Source: Anaerolineae bacterium
Lineage (GTDB): Bacteria > Chloroflexota > Anaerolineae > Epilineales > Epilineaceae
NCBI GenBank assembly: GCA_044228875.1
Contig: JBGAUA010000001.1
Coordinates: 14,713-78,712 of the forward strand
Direction: 5' to 3'
DNA: 64,000 bases
Below, in pieces: positions 28,819-40,126 of the stretch. The notes below the pieces were generated by a model, which saw nothing but the letters and a program-made list of their open reading frames with translations, made no database searches and was not told where the DNA came from. The number at the start of each line of letters is the position of its first letter. Positions within the stretch are counted from its first letter, which is position 1. Position numbers and translations under genes: made by a program.

Positions 28819-29052
28819 GACCGCGGATGGTATTCAGCCGTCCGCCGGCGTCAAGCGATCGCCCCTTCCGTGCGTCGGTTTGCGCCGCTCGACCCGCTGC
28901 ATATGCTTATCCGCCATTATAAAGAGGTCCGGCCGCCTGATCATCGGCTCTCAACGACTCCGGAAACGTTCCCGCCCCGCCGCCGCCGGGGGCAAGGCCG
29001 ACCGCATCTGGACCGCCCCCGCCCACCGTCGTCATCAACTCGAGAAGTGCAT

Positions 29053-31662
29053 GTGACCAAGCTCGTCATCGTCGAATCGCCCACCAAGGCGCGCACCATC
29101 GGCGCCTACCTGCCCAAGGACTACGTCGTGCTGGCCAGCATGGGCCACGTCCGGGATCTGCCCTCCTCGGCGGCGGAGATTCCCAAGGCGATGCGCGAAG
29201 CATCCTGGAGCCGCTTGGGCGTAGACGTGGAAGCCGGATTCGCCCCGCTCTACGTGGTGTCCGCCAAACGCAAGGACACCATCAAGCAATTGAAGGACGC
29301 CTTGAAGCAGGCGGACGAGGTCTTCATCGCAACCGACGAGGATCGGGAGGGCGAGAGCATCGGCTGGCACCTGGTGGAGGTCCTCGCGCCCAAGGTCCCC
29401 ATCCGCCGCATGGTCTTTCACGAGATCACCAAGGACGCCATCAACCGCGCCCTCGCCAGCACCCGCCAGATCGACGACCACCTGGTGCGAGCCCAGGAAA
29501 CGCGCCGCATCCTGGACCGCCTGGTGGGCTACACCCTCTCACCCCTGCTATGGAAGAAGATCGCGCCCAAGCTGAGCGCCGGCCGGGTGCAGTCGGTGGC
29601 CGTACGGCTGTTGGTGGAGCGGGAGCGCGAGCGAGCGGCCTTCGTCAAGGGCGGCTACTGGGACCTGGGCGCCGATCTGGCCAAGCGCCCCGCCGGCGCC
29701 GGCGGATTCAGCGCCCAGCTCGCACTGGTCGACGGCCGCCGGGTGGCCACGGGTAAGGACTTCGATCCGGACACCGGCCGCGTGCCGGAAGGCAAGGACC
29801 TGCTGGTGTTGGACGAGGCAGCCGCCCGGTCCCTCAGGGAGCGGCTCCTCGAGGCGATCTGGCGGGTGGCGGAGTTGGAGACCAGGCGCGCCAGTCGCCA
29901 GCCCTATCCGCCCTTCACCACCAGCACCCTGCAGCAGGAGGCGGGGCGCAAGCTGCACCTCTCAGCCCGCGAGACCATGCAGGTGGCACAGGCCCTCTAC
30001 GAGAACGGTCATATCACCTATCACCGCACGGATTCCTACAACCTGTCGGAAGAGGCCATCGCCGGCGCGCGGCAGAGGATCCAGGCGCTCTACGGCGCAG
30101 ACCACCTCAGTCCTGAGCCGCGGCGCTTCAAGACGACGTCGCGCAGCGCCCAGGAGGCCCACGAAGCCATCCGCCCCGCCGGCGGAGACATGCTGCCGGT
30201 GGCCCAGCTGCCGCTGTCCGGGCGTGAAGCCAGGCTCTACGACCTCATCTGGAAGCGAGCGATGGCCACCCAGATGGCCGACGCCCAACTGGAATTCGCC
30301 ACCGTGCAGGTTGACGCCGGCCCCGTCGACGCGCCGGCGCAGGCCCGCTTCGTCGCCCGTGGGCGACGGGTCATCTTCCCCGGTTTCTTCCGGGCCTACG
30401 TCGAGGGCTCCGACGATCCCGAAGCCGCCATCGAAGACAAGGACGCGCCGCTGCCGCTGCTGACGGAGGGTGAGGTTCTTGACCTCCAGGACCTCCTCGC
30501 CAACGGCCATGAGACCAAGCCGCCGGCGCGTTTCACGGAAGCCTCTCTGGTCAAATCCCTCGAGGCCCATGGCGTGGGCCGGCCCAGCACCTACGCGGCC
30601 ATCCTGGGCACCATCCAGGACCGCGGCTACGTGCGCAAGGCCGGCAGCGCCTTGGTGCCCACCTACACGGCCTTCGCGGTCACCGCCCTCCTGGAGTCGG
30701 ATTTCCAGAGTCTGGTCAACATCGGCTTCACGGCCGCCATGGAAGAAGACCTGGACCGCATCGCCGAGGGCAAGGTGGAATGGCGCGCCTACCTGGAGCG
30801 CTTCTTCAAGGGGCCGGAAGGTCTGGAGCAGCTGGTCGACCTGGCCCAGGGCAATGTCGACCCACGCTCGGCCAGCACCGTGCGGCTGCTGCCGGACGTG
30901 TCGGTGCGTATCGGGCGCTTCGGTCCCTACCTTGAGCGCGGCAGCGGCGAGGATCGCCAGACCGCGGCCTTGCCCGACGACCTGGCGCCGGCCGACCTGA
31001 CCGCGGGCCTGGCCGAGTCGCTCTTCGCCCAGGGAGAGATCGGACCTGCCTCCCTGGGTGTGGACCCGGTCAGCAACCAGCCGGTCTATGTCAAGGAGGG
31101 TCCTTTCGGCCCTTACGTTCAGCGCGGGGAAGACGACAGCGCCCCGAAACCTGCGCGCGTCTCCCTACCCAAGGGCCTGACGCCCGAACAACTCGACCTG
31201 TCCACGGCACTGGCCCTCCTGTCCCTGCCCCGCACGCTGGGCGAGCATCCCGAGTCCGGCAAGCCGGTCAAGGCCGGCATCGGCCGCTTCGGCCCTTACG
31301 TGGTGCACGAAACCAGTTTCGCCAGCCTGAAGAAGGACGATGACGTGCTCCAGATCGGCTTGGAGCGGGCTCTGGAGCTGTTGGCGGAGAAGCGCGTCCG
31401 CGGGGCGCGCGGCGGCGGAGCGGGCGCGGGCACAGCGGGCGCTATCGCCATCCTGGGCCCACATCCGGACGACGGCGACCCGGTAGCCGTCATGCCCGGA
31501 CGCTACGGGCCCTACGTCAAGCACGGCAAGACCAATGCCACCCTGCCCAAGGAGATGGACCCGAGCAAGGTGACGATGGATCAGGCGGTCAACATGCTGG
31601 CGGCCAAGGCGGGTCGCGGCGGCCCGGTGCGCCGCAGCCGAAAGGCGGCCGCAGCGGGATGA
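29053..31662 (+). CDS. topA: DNA topoisomerase I
   Basis: TOPRIM '[18 protein letters not shown]'. Active-site region 'ITYHRTDS'. C-terminal repeated 'GRFGPY(V/L)' units (Lys/Gly-rich tail type rather than zinc ribbons). GTG start at 29053 (alternative 29047). Confidence 0.9.
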   Translation: MTKLVIVESPTKARTIGAYLPKDYVVLASMGHVRDLPSSAAEIPKAMREASWSRLGVDVEAGFAPLYVVSAKRKDTIKQLKDALKQADEVFIATDEDREGESIGWHLVEVLAPKVPIRRMVFHEITKDAINRALASTRQIDDHLVRAQETRRILDRLVGYTLSPLLWKKIAPKLSAGRVQSVAVRLLVERERERAAFVKGGYWDLGADLAKRPAGAGGFSAQLALVDGRRVATGKDFDPDTGRVPEGKDLLVLDEAAARSLRERLLEAIWRVAELETRRASRQPYPPFTTSTLQQEAGRKLHLSARETMQVAQALYENGHITYHRTDSYNLSEEAIAGARQRIQALYGADHLSPEPRRFKTTSRSAQEAHEAIRPAGGDMLPVAQLPLSGREARLYDLIWKRAMATQMADAQLEFATVQVDAGPVDAPAQARFVARGRRVIFPGFFRAYVEGSDDPEAAIEDKDAPLPLLTEGEVLDLQDLLANGHETKPPARFTEASLVKSLEAHGVGRPSTYAAILGTIQDRGYVRKAGSALVPTYTAFAVTALLESDFQSLVNIGFTAAMEEDLDRIAEGKVEWRAYLERFFKGPEGLEQLVDLAQGNVDPRSASTVRLLPDVSVRIGRFGPYLERGSGEDRQTAALPDDLAPADLTAGLAESLFAQGEIGPASLGVDPVSNQPVYVKEGPFGPYVQRGEDDSAPKPARVSLPKGLTPEQLDLSTALALLSLPRTLGEHPESGKPVKAGIGRFGPYVVHETSFASLKKDDDVLQIGLERALELLAEKRVRGARGGGAGAGTAGAIAILGPHPDDGDPVAVMPGRYGPYVKHGKTNATLPKEMDPSKVTMDQAVNMLAAKAGRGGPVRRSRKAAAAG

Positions 31663-31742
31663 TTCCCGGCCCGCCGCGCGGCGATCGATCTTTCGATCGG
31701 CACCCGCGGGAACAACGCGGGGTTACGGTATACTGACGGCGC

Positions 31743-33122
31743 ATGGCCGTGGGACAGACCCCGCCATGGCCAGCGAGGCCCCTCATGACCCTGATGACGA
31801 CCAGTTCGCCCTCTGTCTCCTCCGCCCTAGGCGATGTCCGCGGCGAGACCCTCTTCCGTGTCCGCGGCGCCGACCCCTTGTATGGATCGGTCGACATCAG
31901 AGGGGCGAAGAACGCCGCCCTGCCCATCATCGCCGCCACCTTGCTCAGCGCCGATCCCTGCATCCTGGAAAACGTACCGGACATCGCCGACATCCGGCTG
32001 ATGATGGCCGTGTTGCGTCATCTGGGCGCCCGCGTGTCCTTTGACGCCACAGCGGGGCGCCTGGAAGTGGAAGCCGCCGAGATCAGGAGCCGCACGACGC
32101 CCGAGGATCTGGCCAGCCGCCTGCGCGGCAGCTTCCTGGTCATGGGGCCGCTGTTGGCGCGATTTGGTCAGGCCTCGGCACCGCAGCCCGGCGGCTGTGT
32201 CATCGGCAGCCGCCCGCTGGACGTACCCATTCGCGGCTTCATCGACCTGGGCGCCCAGGTCACCAACGTGGATGGACGCTTCGCCGCCAGCGGCCGCCTG
32301 CGGGGCGCGAGCATGATCCTGGACTACCCCAGCCACACCGGCACCGAGAACATCATCATGGCCGCCGCGATGGCCGAAGGCGAGACGGTCATCGAGAACG
32401 CCAGCACTGAGCCGGAGGTGTTGGATCTGGTCGATTTCCTGCGCGGCATGGGCGCGCGAATCGCCTGGATCGGACCGGCCACGGTGGCCATCCAAGGTGT
32501 GTCCCGCCTGCACGGCAACAGCTTCCGCTTGATGCCGGACCGCTTGGAAGCCGGAACCTACCTGCTGGCCGGGGCCATCACCCGCGGCGACGTCACGGTC
32601 AACCGCGTGGTGCCTCGCCACCTGCACGCGGTCACCGCCAAGCTGCGGGAGGCGGGGGTACACGTAGAGGAAGGCGACCATTGGCTGCGCGTCTCGGCGG
32701 GCGACGGCCTTCGGGCCGTCGATATCCGCACCTATGCCTATCCCGGCTTTCCCACGGACCTGCAGCAGCCGTTTGGAGCCCTGCTCACCCAGGCAGATGG
32801 CCTGAGCACCATCCACGAAACCATGTTCGAGGACCGTCTGCGCTATGTCGGCGAGTTGGCGGCCATGGGCGCGGACGTGACCATCGCCGGACAGACCGCC
32901 ACCTTCCGTGGGCCCTGCGCCTTGCATGGCAGCCGCGTGGCCGCTCACGACCTGCGCGCCGGAGCGGCCGTCGTCCTGGCGGGACTGGTGGCCAAAGGCG
33001 AGACCCTGGTCGAGCGCGGCCAGTACATCGAACGCGGATACGCCAATTTCGCCGCCAACCTACGCGCCTTGGGAGCCTGCTGCGAGGTGGGCCCGGTCCC
33101 TGCCGAAGGCACAGGGGGTTGA
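31743..33122 (+). CDS. murA: UDP-N-acetylglucosamine 1-carboxyvinyltransferase
   Basis: 'IRGAKNAALPIIAA', 'LDYPSHTGTENI', 'YPGFPTDLQ' MurA/EPSP-transferase signatures. The true start may be an internal ATG (~31784). Confidence 0.9.
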   Translation: MAVGQTPPWPARPLMTLMTTSSPSVSSALGDVRGETLFRVRGADPLYGSVDIRGAKNAALPIIAATLLSADPCILENVPDIADIRLMMAVLRHLGARVSFDATAGRLEVEAAEIRSRTTPEDLASRLRGSFLVMGPLLARFGQASAPQPGGCVIGSRPLDVPIRGFIDLGAQVTNVDGRFAASGRLRGASMILDYPSHTGTENIIMAAAMAEGETVIENASTEPEVLDLVDFLRGMGARIAWIGPATVAIQGVSRLHGNSFRLMPDRLEAGTYLLAGAITRGDVTVNRVVPRHLHAVTAKLREAGVHVEEGDHWLRVSAGDGLRAVDIRTYAYPGFPTDLQQPFGALLTQADGLSTIHETMFEDRLRYVGELAAMGADVTIAGQTATFRGPCALHGSRVAAHDLRAGAAVVLAGLVAKGETLVERGQYIERGYANFAANLRALGACCEVGPVPAEGTGG

Positions 33123-33271
33123 CATTCGGTCTGCGGCGGCGATGATTCCCAGGCCCGCCCGAGCCGGTCTGAGTCCCGACTGCATCCTACCTTGACGCCG
33201 TCTACCCGCGCCGGTACCCCCCCCGGGGACGGCGCGCATCGACACGAACCCCGACGAGACGCGGAGGCAAC

Positions 33272-34291
33272 ATGTTCACGCGCCATATCGGCATCGACCT
33301 GGGCACGGTCAACGTGCTGGTGCACGAGCGCGGCCGAGGCATCGTGCTCAACGAGCCCTCGGTCGTGGCCATCTCGGTCAACGACAATCGCATCATGGCC
33401 GTCGGCGCCGAAGCCCTGGTGATGCTGGGCCGTTCCCCGGACACCATCGAGGTCTCCCGCCCCCTGCGCGACGGGGTCATCGCTGACTATGTGGTGACCG
33501 AGGCCATGCTGCGCTACTTCATCGGCAAGGTCTGCGGGCGCATGTCCTTCTTCAAGCCGCAGGTGATGATCTCCGTACCGGTAGGGGTCACCAGCGTGGA
33601 GAGCCGCGCCGTGCGCGAGGCGGCGGAACAGGCCGGAGCCCGCTCCGCGTACTTGATCCCGGAGCCGATGGCGGCCGCCATCGGGGCGGGCCTGCCGGTG
33701 GGCACGGCCACGGGCAACATGGTGCTGAACATGGGCGGCGGCACCACCGAGGCGGCGGTGATCGCGGTGAACGGCATCGTGGTCGCCGGCTCGGTACGGG
33801 TTGGCGGTGACAAGTTCAACGACGCCATCACCAGCTACATCAAGCGCAAGTACAATCTCCTGATCGGCGACCGCACGGCGGAAGAGGTGAAGATCCAGAT
33901 CGGCAGCGCCCTGAAGCCGGATGTCGCCGATGACGAGTTGACGATGGAGGTCCGCGGTCGCGACCAGGTGACCGGCCTGCCGAAGACCATCTTGATGCGC
34001 ACCAGCGAGGTGGTTGAGGCCTTGACCGACCCCATCCAATCCGTGATCAACGTGACCCGTGAAGTGCTGGAGCAGACGCCTCCCGAATTGATCAGCGACA
34101 TCATCGACCGCGGCGTGGTCATGACGGGCGGCAACGCCCAGTTGCGCGATCTGGATGTCCTGCTCACCGAGGAGATCGGCGTGCCCTTCTACGTGGCGGA
34201 CGACCCCATGTCCTGCGTGGCCCTGGGCGCGGGCAAAGCCCTGGAGAACTACGCCCTGATTCGCCGCACGCTGCCGGCGCTGAACGTGTAG
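33272..34291 (+). CDS. mreB: Rod-shape-determining actin homologue MreB
   Basis: '[12 protein letters not shown]', '[18 protein letters not shown]', '[17 protein letters not shown]'. SD 'ggaggcaac' before ATG. Confidence 0.9.
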   Translation: MFTRHIGIDLGTVNVLVHERGRGIVLNEPSVVAISVNDNRIMAVGAEALVMLGRSPDTIEVSRPLRDGVIADYVVTEAMLRYFIGKVCGRMSFFKPQVMISVPVGVTSVESRAVREAAEQAGARSAYLIPEPMAAAIGAGLPVGTATGNMVLNMGGGTTEAAVIAVNGIVVAGSVRVGGDKFNDAITSYIKRKYNLLIGDRTAEEVKIQIGSALKPDVADDELTMEVRGRDQVTGLPKTILMRTSEVVEALTDPIQSVINVTREVLEQTPPELISDIIDRGVVMTGGNAQLRDLDVLLTEEIGVPFYVADDPMSCVALGAGKALENYALIRRTLPALNV

Positions 34292-34335
34292 CAGCGCCGG
34301 GCGACCGCTTCTCATGAGCGGCTAAGCAAACCGCA

Positions 34336-34363
34336 TTGAAGCCGGCCGGGGACTGGATATAAT
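34336..34363 (+). promoter_or_regulatory. Putative promoter TTGAAG-16nt-TATAAT upstream of ABC operon
   Basis: 'ttgaag' 34336-34341 and 'tataat' 34358-34363. The same 'GGATATAAT(N)CCGCC' context occurs at 13497-13505. Confidence 0.25.
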
Positions 34364-34505
34364 CCGCCGCCGGATACAAGCCGCAACAATCCAACCGCGC
34401 AGCCGGACGCCCTTGGCGTTTCCGGCTGCACCATCTGCCCGAGGGGGGTGCATGGACATGGCGCAACAGCCTGCCAACGCCAGCCGCGGGGCCAGGGGAG
34501 AACCC

Positions 34506-35473
<968 letters not shown>

Positions 35474-35477
<4 letters not shown>

Positions 35478-36196
35478 GCAACGTGATCACGATCGCCCGA
35501 CGCGAGTTGAGCGTCTTCTTCAGTTCCACCCTTTTCTGGGTGATCGCCACGGCCTTCATGCTGTTCGGGGGCCTCCTCTTCTCCCTCTACATCCAATCGC
35601 CGCAGGCCCAGGCCACGATGCTGCCCTTGCTCAGCCTGTACGGCACGGTGCTCCTCTTCGTCACCCCGCTCATGGCCATGCGCCTGTTGGCCGAGGAACA
35701 ACGCTCCGGAACCCTGGAGTTGCTGATGACATCCCCTGTCCAGGACTGGCAGGTGGTGATGGGCAAGTGGCTGGGCGCCTTGATGGCCTTGCTCTCGTTG
35801 ATAGCCTTGACGCTCAGCCACGTGTTCATCATGGGCCGGCTGAGCGAGAAGGGGCTGGACCTGGGGCCGATGCTCTCCAGCTACCTGGGTCTGGCGCTGC
35901 TCTGCGCCGCCCTCCTGGCGCTTGGCGTCCTGACCTCTTCCGTGACCGAAAGCCAGGTGGTGGCCGGATTCCTGGGGGTCATGCTGGTCCTGGTCCTGTG
36001 GTTCCTGTCCATCCTCAACCAGATCGGCACCGAAGCAGCCTGGGCCAAGGGCCTGGCCTACATGGGCCTTTCCGACCACTACATGCATTTCGGTGACGGC
36101 CTGATCGACACCCGGGACGTGATCTACTTCCTGACCCTGACCTTCGGTTGCCTGTTCCTGGCCACCCGAATCCTGGAAACGAGGAGGTGGCGCTGA
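35474..36196 (+). CDS. ABC-2 family permease (GldF-like)
   Basis: ATGA overlap with the ATPase. 6 predicted TM helices. Confidence 0.6.
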
Positions 36197-37776
36197 TGGA
36201 CAAGCTGCGTATTGCCGCACCGTATCTCTCGGTCTTCGGACTGTTCGTCATCCTCTCCAGCCTGGTCACGCCCACCCTGGCCCGCTCGTCCGGCAACACG
36301 CCGCCGGAATGGCTGGGAACGGCACTGCTCGCCACCGGCGCCGTTCTGGCCCTGGCCTGGCCGATCTTCTGCTGGGAGGATGCTCGCGAGCTCTTCGGCT
36401 CGCGGCAGGCCCGCTACGGCTCCAACGCCCTCGTGCTGACGGTGGCCATGCTGGCCCTCTTGGGCGTGGCCAACTTCTTCGGAACCCGCTTCTACACCAC
36501 CTGGGACCTGACGGAGAACAAGCGCTTCTCCATCAGCAACCAGACCAAGCAGATCCTGGATGACCTGAAGAGCCAGAACAAGGAGCTCAAGCTCACGGCG
36601 ATCCTGGGCCAGAGCGACGCCAACGCCGCGTCCGAGCTGGAGCGCCTGGTGGACCGCTACAGGCAGCGCTACCCCACCATGAGCTACCAGCGCCTGGACC
36701 CGCAGGTGGACGTGCCGGCCCTCATCGGCCTGGCGCAACGGATCGGGCAGGATCAGCCGCCGGGGCGGGCTCTGGTGGTGGAGTCTGGCGCCAAGCACGC
36801 CATCGCCTACAGCTTCGACGAGCAGGAGCTGACCAGCGCCATCGTCAAGGCCACCCGGGCCAAGGAGAGCGTGGTGGCCTTCACCACGGGGCATGGCGAA
36901 TGCGGCACCGATGGCGGCGAGCAAGGTCAATGCAGCTACGCCGGCGTTCGGCAGGCCATGGAGCGGGAAGGCTACAAGGTGGAGACCCTCAACCTCTCCG
37001 CCCTCACCGACACCATCAAGGCGGACGTGGTCATCGTGGCCGGCCCCAGCCGACCCTTCCTGCCTGCGGAGGCCAAGGCGCTCGGCGATTGGGTCCAGGG
37101 CGGCGGCAAGGCCATGCTCCTCCTCGGCCCCGATCAGGACGCGGGCCTTGACGACCTCCTGGGCCGCTGGGACATTCGGCCGGACAAGGACCTGGTCATC
37201 CAGACCAACCGCCTCGGGCAGATGTCTGCGGCGGTGGCCGTGGTGGACGCGGATTACCAGTTCCACGCCACCACCAAGGATCTCAGCCGCTTCCAGACCA
37301 TCCTGGTGGGCACCCAGTCCTTCAGCGTCGGCACGCCGGTGGACACCACACTGACCAGCACGAAGCTGCTGGAGGTCAGCGGCGAAGGCGTCTACGGCGA
37401 GACGGACCTGGCGGGCGTCGCAGACCAGAAGGTGGAGCAGGGCCCTGAAGACAAGGCTTCGCCGCTGACCTTGGCGGTGGCCGGCGAGGGCGGCGAGAAG
37501 GGCGGCCGCCTGGTGGTCTTCGGCACCTCGGCCCTGGCGGACGACGCGGCATTGCAGCAGTTCCCACCGGGCGCCACGGCCAACGGCGACCTGTTCCTCA
37601 ATTCGGTCAGCTGGTTGGCGCAGGACGAGAGCCTCATCGCCATCCGCGCGACGGAGCCCGACAGCCGGCCGATCTCCCCCCCGCAGAACCCGCTCCTGGT
37701 CACCTTGACCACCCTGCTCCTGATCCCCGGTGCCATCGCGGCCGTCGGGCTGTGGATCTGGTGGGGCCGGCGCTAG
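36196..37776 (+). CDS. GldG-like ABC-transporter-associated auxiliary protein
   Basis: Start overlaps the permease stop. N- and C-terminal TM anchors flanking a large periplasmic domain. The architecture and order after GldA/GldF-like genes match GldG-family proteins. Confidence 0.55.
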   Translation: MDKLRIAAPYLSVFGLFVILSSLVTPTLARSSGNTPPEWLGTALLATGAVLALAWPIFCWEDARELFGSRQARYGSNALVLTVAMLALLGVANFFGTRFYTTWDLTENKRFSISNQTKQILDDLKSQNKELKLTAILGQSDANAASELERLVDRYRQRYPTMSYQRLDPQVDVPALIGLAQRIGQDQPPGRALVVESGAKHAIAYSFDEQELTSAIVKATRAKESVVAFTTGHGECGTDGGEQGQCSYAGVRQAMEREGYKVETLNLSALTDTIKADVVIVAGPSRPFLPAEAKALGDWVQGGGKAMLLLGPDQDAGLDDLLGRWDIRPDKDLVIQTNRLGQMSAAVAVVDADYQFHATTKDLSRFQTILVGTQSFSVGTPVDTTLTSTKLLEVSGEGVYGETDLAGVADQKVEQGPEDKASPLTLAVAGEGGEKGGRLVVFGTSALADDAALQQFPPGATANGDLFLNSVSWLAQDESLIAIRATEPDSRPISPPQNPLLVTLTTLLLIPGAIAAVGLWIWWGRR

Positions 37777-37809
37777 CCGGATCGCGCAACGCAAGGAAGC
37801 GAACGCAGC

Positions 37810-38529
37810 ATGAACTCCCGCTACACCCTGATCATCGCCCTGTTGGCCATCGCCGCGGGCATCTTCGCCTATACCCAGCGCGACGCCAAGCCGGTGAACT
37901 ACACCGAGGGCGCGCCTACGGCCACGCCGGCCCCCTTCCTGGATCTGGACAAGGACAAGCTGCAGGAGGTGGAGGTGGCCACCACGGACGGAAAGGTGCT
38001 GCTCAAGCGCGCCGCCGGCGGCTGGGAGGTCGACGGCAAGGGCAAGGCCTCAGACACCGTGGGCGGAACCCTTGAGCGGCTGGCCAAGCCCGAAATCTTG
38101 CGGGACCTGGGCACTGAAGCCAAGCCGGAAGACTTTGGTCTGGCCACCGCGAGCATGACCGTGACCCTCACCTTGTCCGGCGGCGAGAGCACCGTGGTGC
38201 AGGTGGGCGACAAGCATCCCATCGACCCCCAGTACTATGTGCGCAAGGTCGGCGAACAGCGCATCGTCATCCTGTCCTCCAGCGATTGGGACAGCCTCAA
38301 GGACTGGATCGCCAACGCCCCGTTGGCGCCCACGGCCACTCCGGCCACCGAAGGCACGCCAGGTACAGAGGGCACCGGCAGCCCGGACGCGGCAAGCGAC
38401 GACGCGGCCGACACGGCGGCGGACGATGCCACCACGCCCGACGATGGCGGCGAGGTGGCCCCGATAGCCGTCGAAGCGACCCTGGCCGCGGCACCCGTCC
38501 CCACGGTCGCGGCGACGGCCAAGCCCTGA
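37810..38529 (+). CDS. DUF4340-like protein with Ala/Thr/Asp-rich C-terminus
   Basis: N-terminal TM followed by a beta-rich domain. Its position immediately after the gldG-like gene is typical of DUF4340. Low-complexity acidic tail. Confidence 0.45.
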   Translation: MNSRYTLIIALLAIAAGIFAYTQRDAKPVNYTEGAPTATPAPFLDLDKDKLQEVEVATTDGKVLLKRAAGGWEVDGKGKASDTVGGTLERLAKPEILRDLGTEAKPEDFGLATASMTVTLTLSGGESTVVQVGDKHPIDPQYYVRKVGEQRIVILSSSDWDSLKDWIANAPLAPTATPATEGTPGTEGTGSPDAASDDAADTAADDATTPDDGGEVAPIAVEATLAAAPVPTVAATAKP

Positions 38530-38606
38530 CGCCCACACCGGGTCGGGCCGAAGAGATCGCCACGGGGGGAGGCGGGCCGCCTCCCCCCGTGTGCTATCTT
38601 AAGCGC

Positions 38607-39227
38607 ATGCGCAAGCCCCTGCATCAGCCCTGGCTCAGCTTGCTGGCCGGCCTCCTCGTGGCATTCCTGGCCCTGGCGGTTGATGGCGTTCGAGCGCATT
38701 CGGACCGCGTCGAGAGCAGTCCGGAGGCGGGTGCAGTCCTGCTCCGATCGCCAAATGCGATCACGATTCAACAGAGCGGCCCCCTCGCCGAAGACAGCGT
38801 CATCCAGGTCGTGGATGAGGCCTTCCGGCGTCAGGACAAGGGGGGGACGACGATCGATCCACAGGACCCCACCGTGATGCGCACGGCCCTGAACCCCTTG
38901 CCACCCGGTGGCTACACCGTCCAGTGGACCGCCGTCGATCGCCAGGACGGCCATTCCACGCGCGGCAGCTTCACCTTCAGCGTGCTGACTCCGGGCGATT
39001 GGGCGATGGCCAGGCTCGCGACGGCCCTGCGGTATGCTCGGCAGCTCAATCGCCGCTCGGTGATCGAGCTGGTCAACCAGTACTGGCATATCCTCCTGGG
39101 CAGTTGGGCCATCAAGGCGGGATTGACGGTCGTCGCGGGGCGCTGGTACGTGCGCCGCCGCGCGGCGCGCAGGGCGGCGGCAGCCTTGGCGGCCGTCGAG
39201 GCCCTCTGGGAGGACGAGCGATCGTGA
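38607..39227 (+). CDS. CopC-domain copper-binding protein with C-terminal TM anchor
   Basis: Signal peptide then 'AHSDRVESSPEAGAVL' (mature N-terminal His of the CopC Cu(II) site). Ends with a TM helix and basic tail. Confidence 0.55.
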   Translation: MRKPLHQPWLSLLAGLLVAFLALAVDGVRAHSDRVESSPEAGAVLLRSPNAITIQQSGPLAEDSVIQVVDEAFRRQDKGGTTIDPQDPTVMRTALNPLPPGGYTVQWTAVDRQDGHSTRGSFTFSVLTPGDWAMARLATALRYARQLNRRSVIELVNQYWHILLGSWAIKAGLTVVAGRWYVRRRAARRAAAALAAVEALWEDERS

Positions 39228-40126
39228 GCCGCCCCATCTTGAGCCGCCACCGGCTCACCCTGGCGGCGACCCTCCTGGTCGCCGGCTGCGTACCCGCGGC
39301 CACCACGGTGCCCCAAGGGGACGCCGGCAAGGACCCGTCCGTGGTGACGGACGACGCATCGGCGGTGGAGGTGGTCATCGCTTCCAGCGACCTGGCGCTG
39401 GGCCGGGAGCGCTTCGCCTTCGCTCTGCTTGACGCGTCCAAGAACCTGCTGCCCGACGCCGACCTCACCGTGACCTTCTTCCGGATCGAGGGCGACAAAG
39501 CCGTACAGGCGGCCCAATCCGAGGCCCGTTACTACGCCCCGCGCCAGGAGGGCACCGGGCTGTATGTGGTGCCGATCGTCTTCGAACAGGCTGGTGTCTG
39601 GGGGCTGGAGGTGGCCGGGAATCTGGCGGACGGGCGCGCCATCGCGCCTCAGCGCATCCGCTTCACCGTCGCTACGCGACCCTCCGGCCCGGCGGTGGGC
39701 GAGGCGCCGCCTGCGACCGACAACCCGATCCTGGCTCCTGGCCAGGACATCCGCGAGATCAGCACGGATCCCCGACCGGATCCGGAGTTCTACGCCATGA
39801 CCGTGGACGAGGCGCGAGCCAGCGGCCGGCCCACGCTGGTGCTGCTGGCGACGCCCGGCCTCTGCCAGAGCAAGATCTGTCAGCCGGTGATGGACGAGGT
39901 CAAGACCTTGAAGGCCCGCTGGCAGGGCCGGGTGAACTTCATCCACGTGGAGGTCTACCGTTCCCTGTCGGATCCAGGCGAGCTCTCGGCGACGATGCAG
40001 GCCTGGGGCCTCAACACCGAGCCCTGGGTCTACCTGCTGGACAAGGAGGGCCTCGTCGCGGCCCGGCTGGAAGGCTCAGCCTCTGCCGCCGAGATCGAAC
40101 CCCTGCTGGAGACGCTGAAGCCGTGA
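39224..40126 (+). CDS. Lipoprotein with thioredoxin-like C-terminal fold (hypothetical)
   Basis: GTG start overlapping the copC stop. Lipobox 'LLVAGC'. C-terminal 'PTLVLLATPGLCQSKICQP..VNFIHVEVY' has a Trx-like pattern. Confidence 0.4.
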   Translation: MSRPILSRHRLTLAATLLVAGCVPAATTVPQGDAGKDPSVVTDDASAVEVVIASSDLALGRERFAFALLDASKNLLPDADLTVTFFRIEGDKAVQAAQSEARYYAPRQEGTGLYVVPIVFEQAGVWGLEVAGNLADGRAIAPQRIRFTVATRPSGPAVGEAPPATDNPILAPGQDIREISTDPRPDPEFYAMTVDEARASGRPTLVLLATPGLCQSKICQPVMDEVKTLKARWQGRVNFIHVEVYRSLSDPGELSATMQAWGLNTEPWVYLLDKEGLVAARLEGSASAAEIEPLLETLKP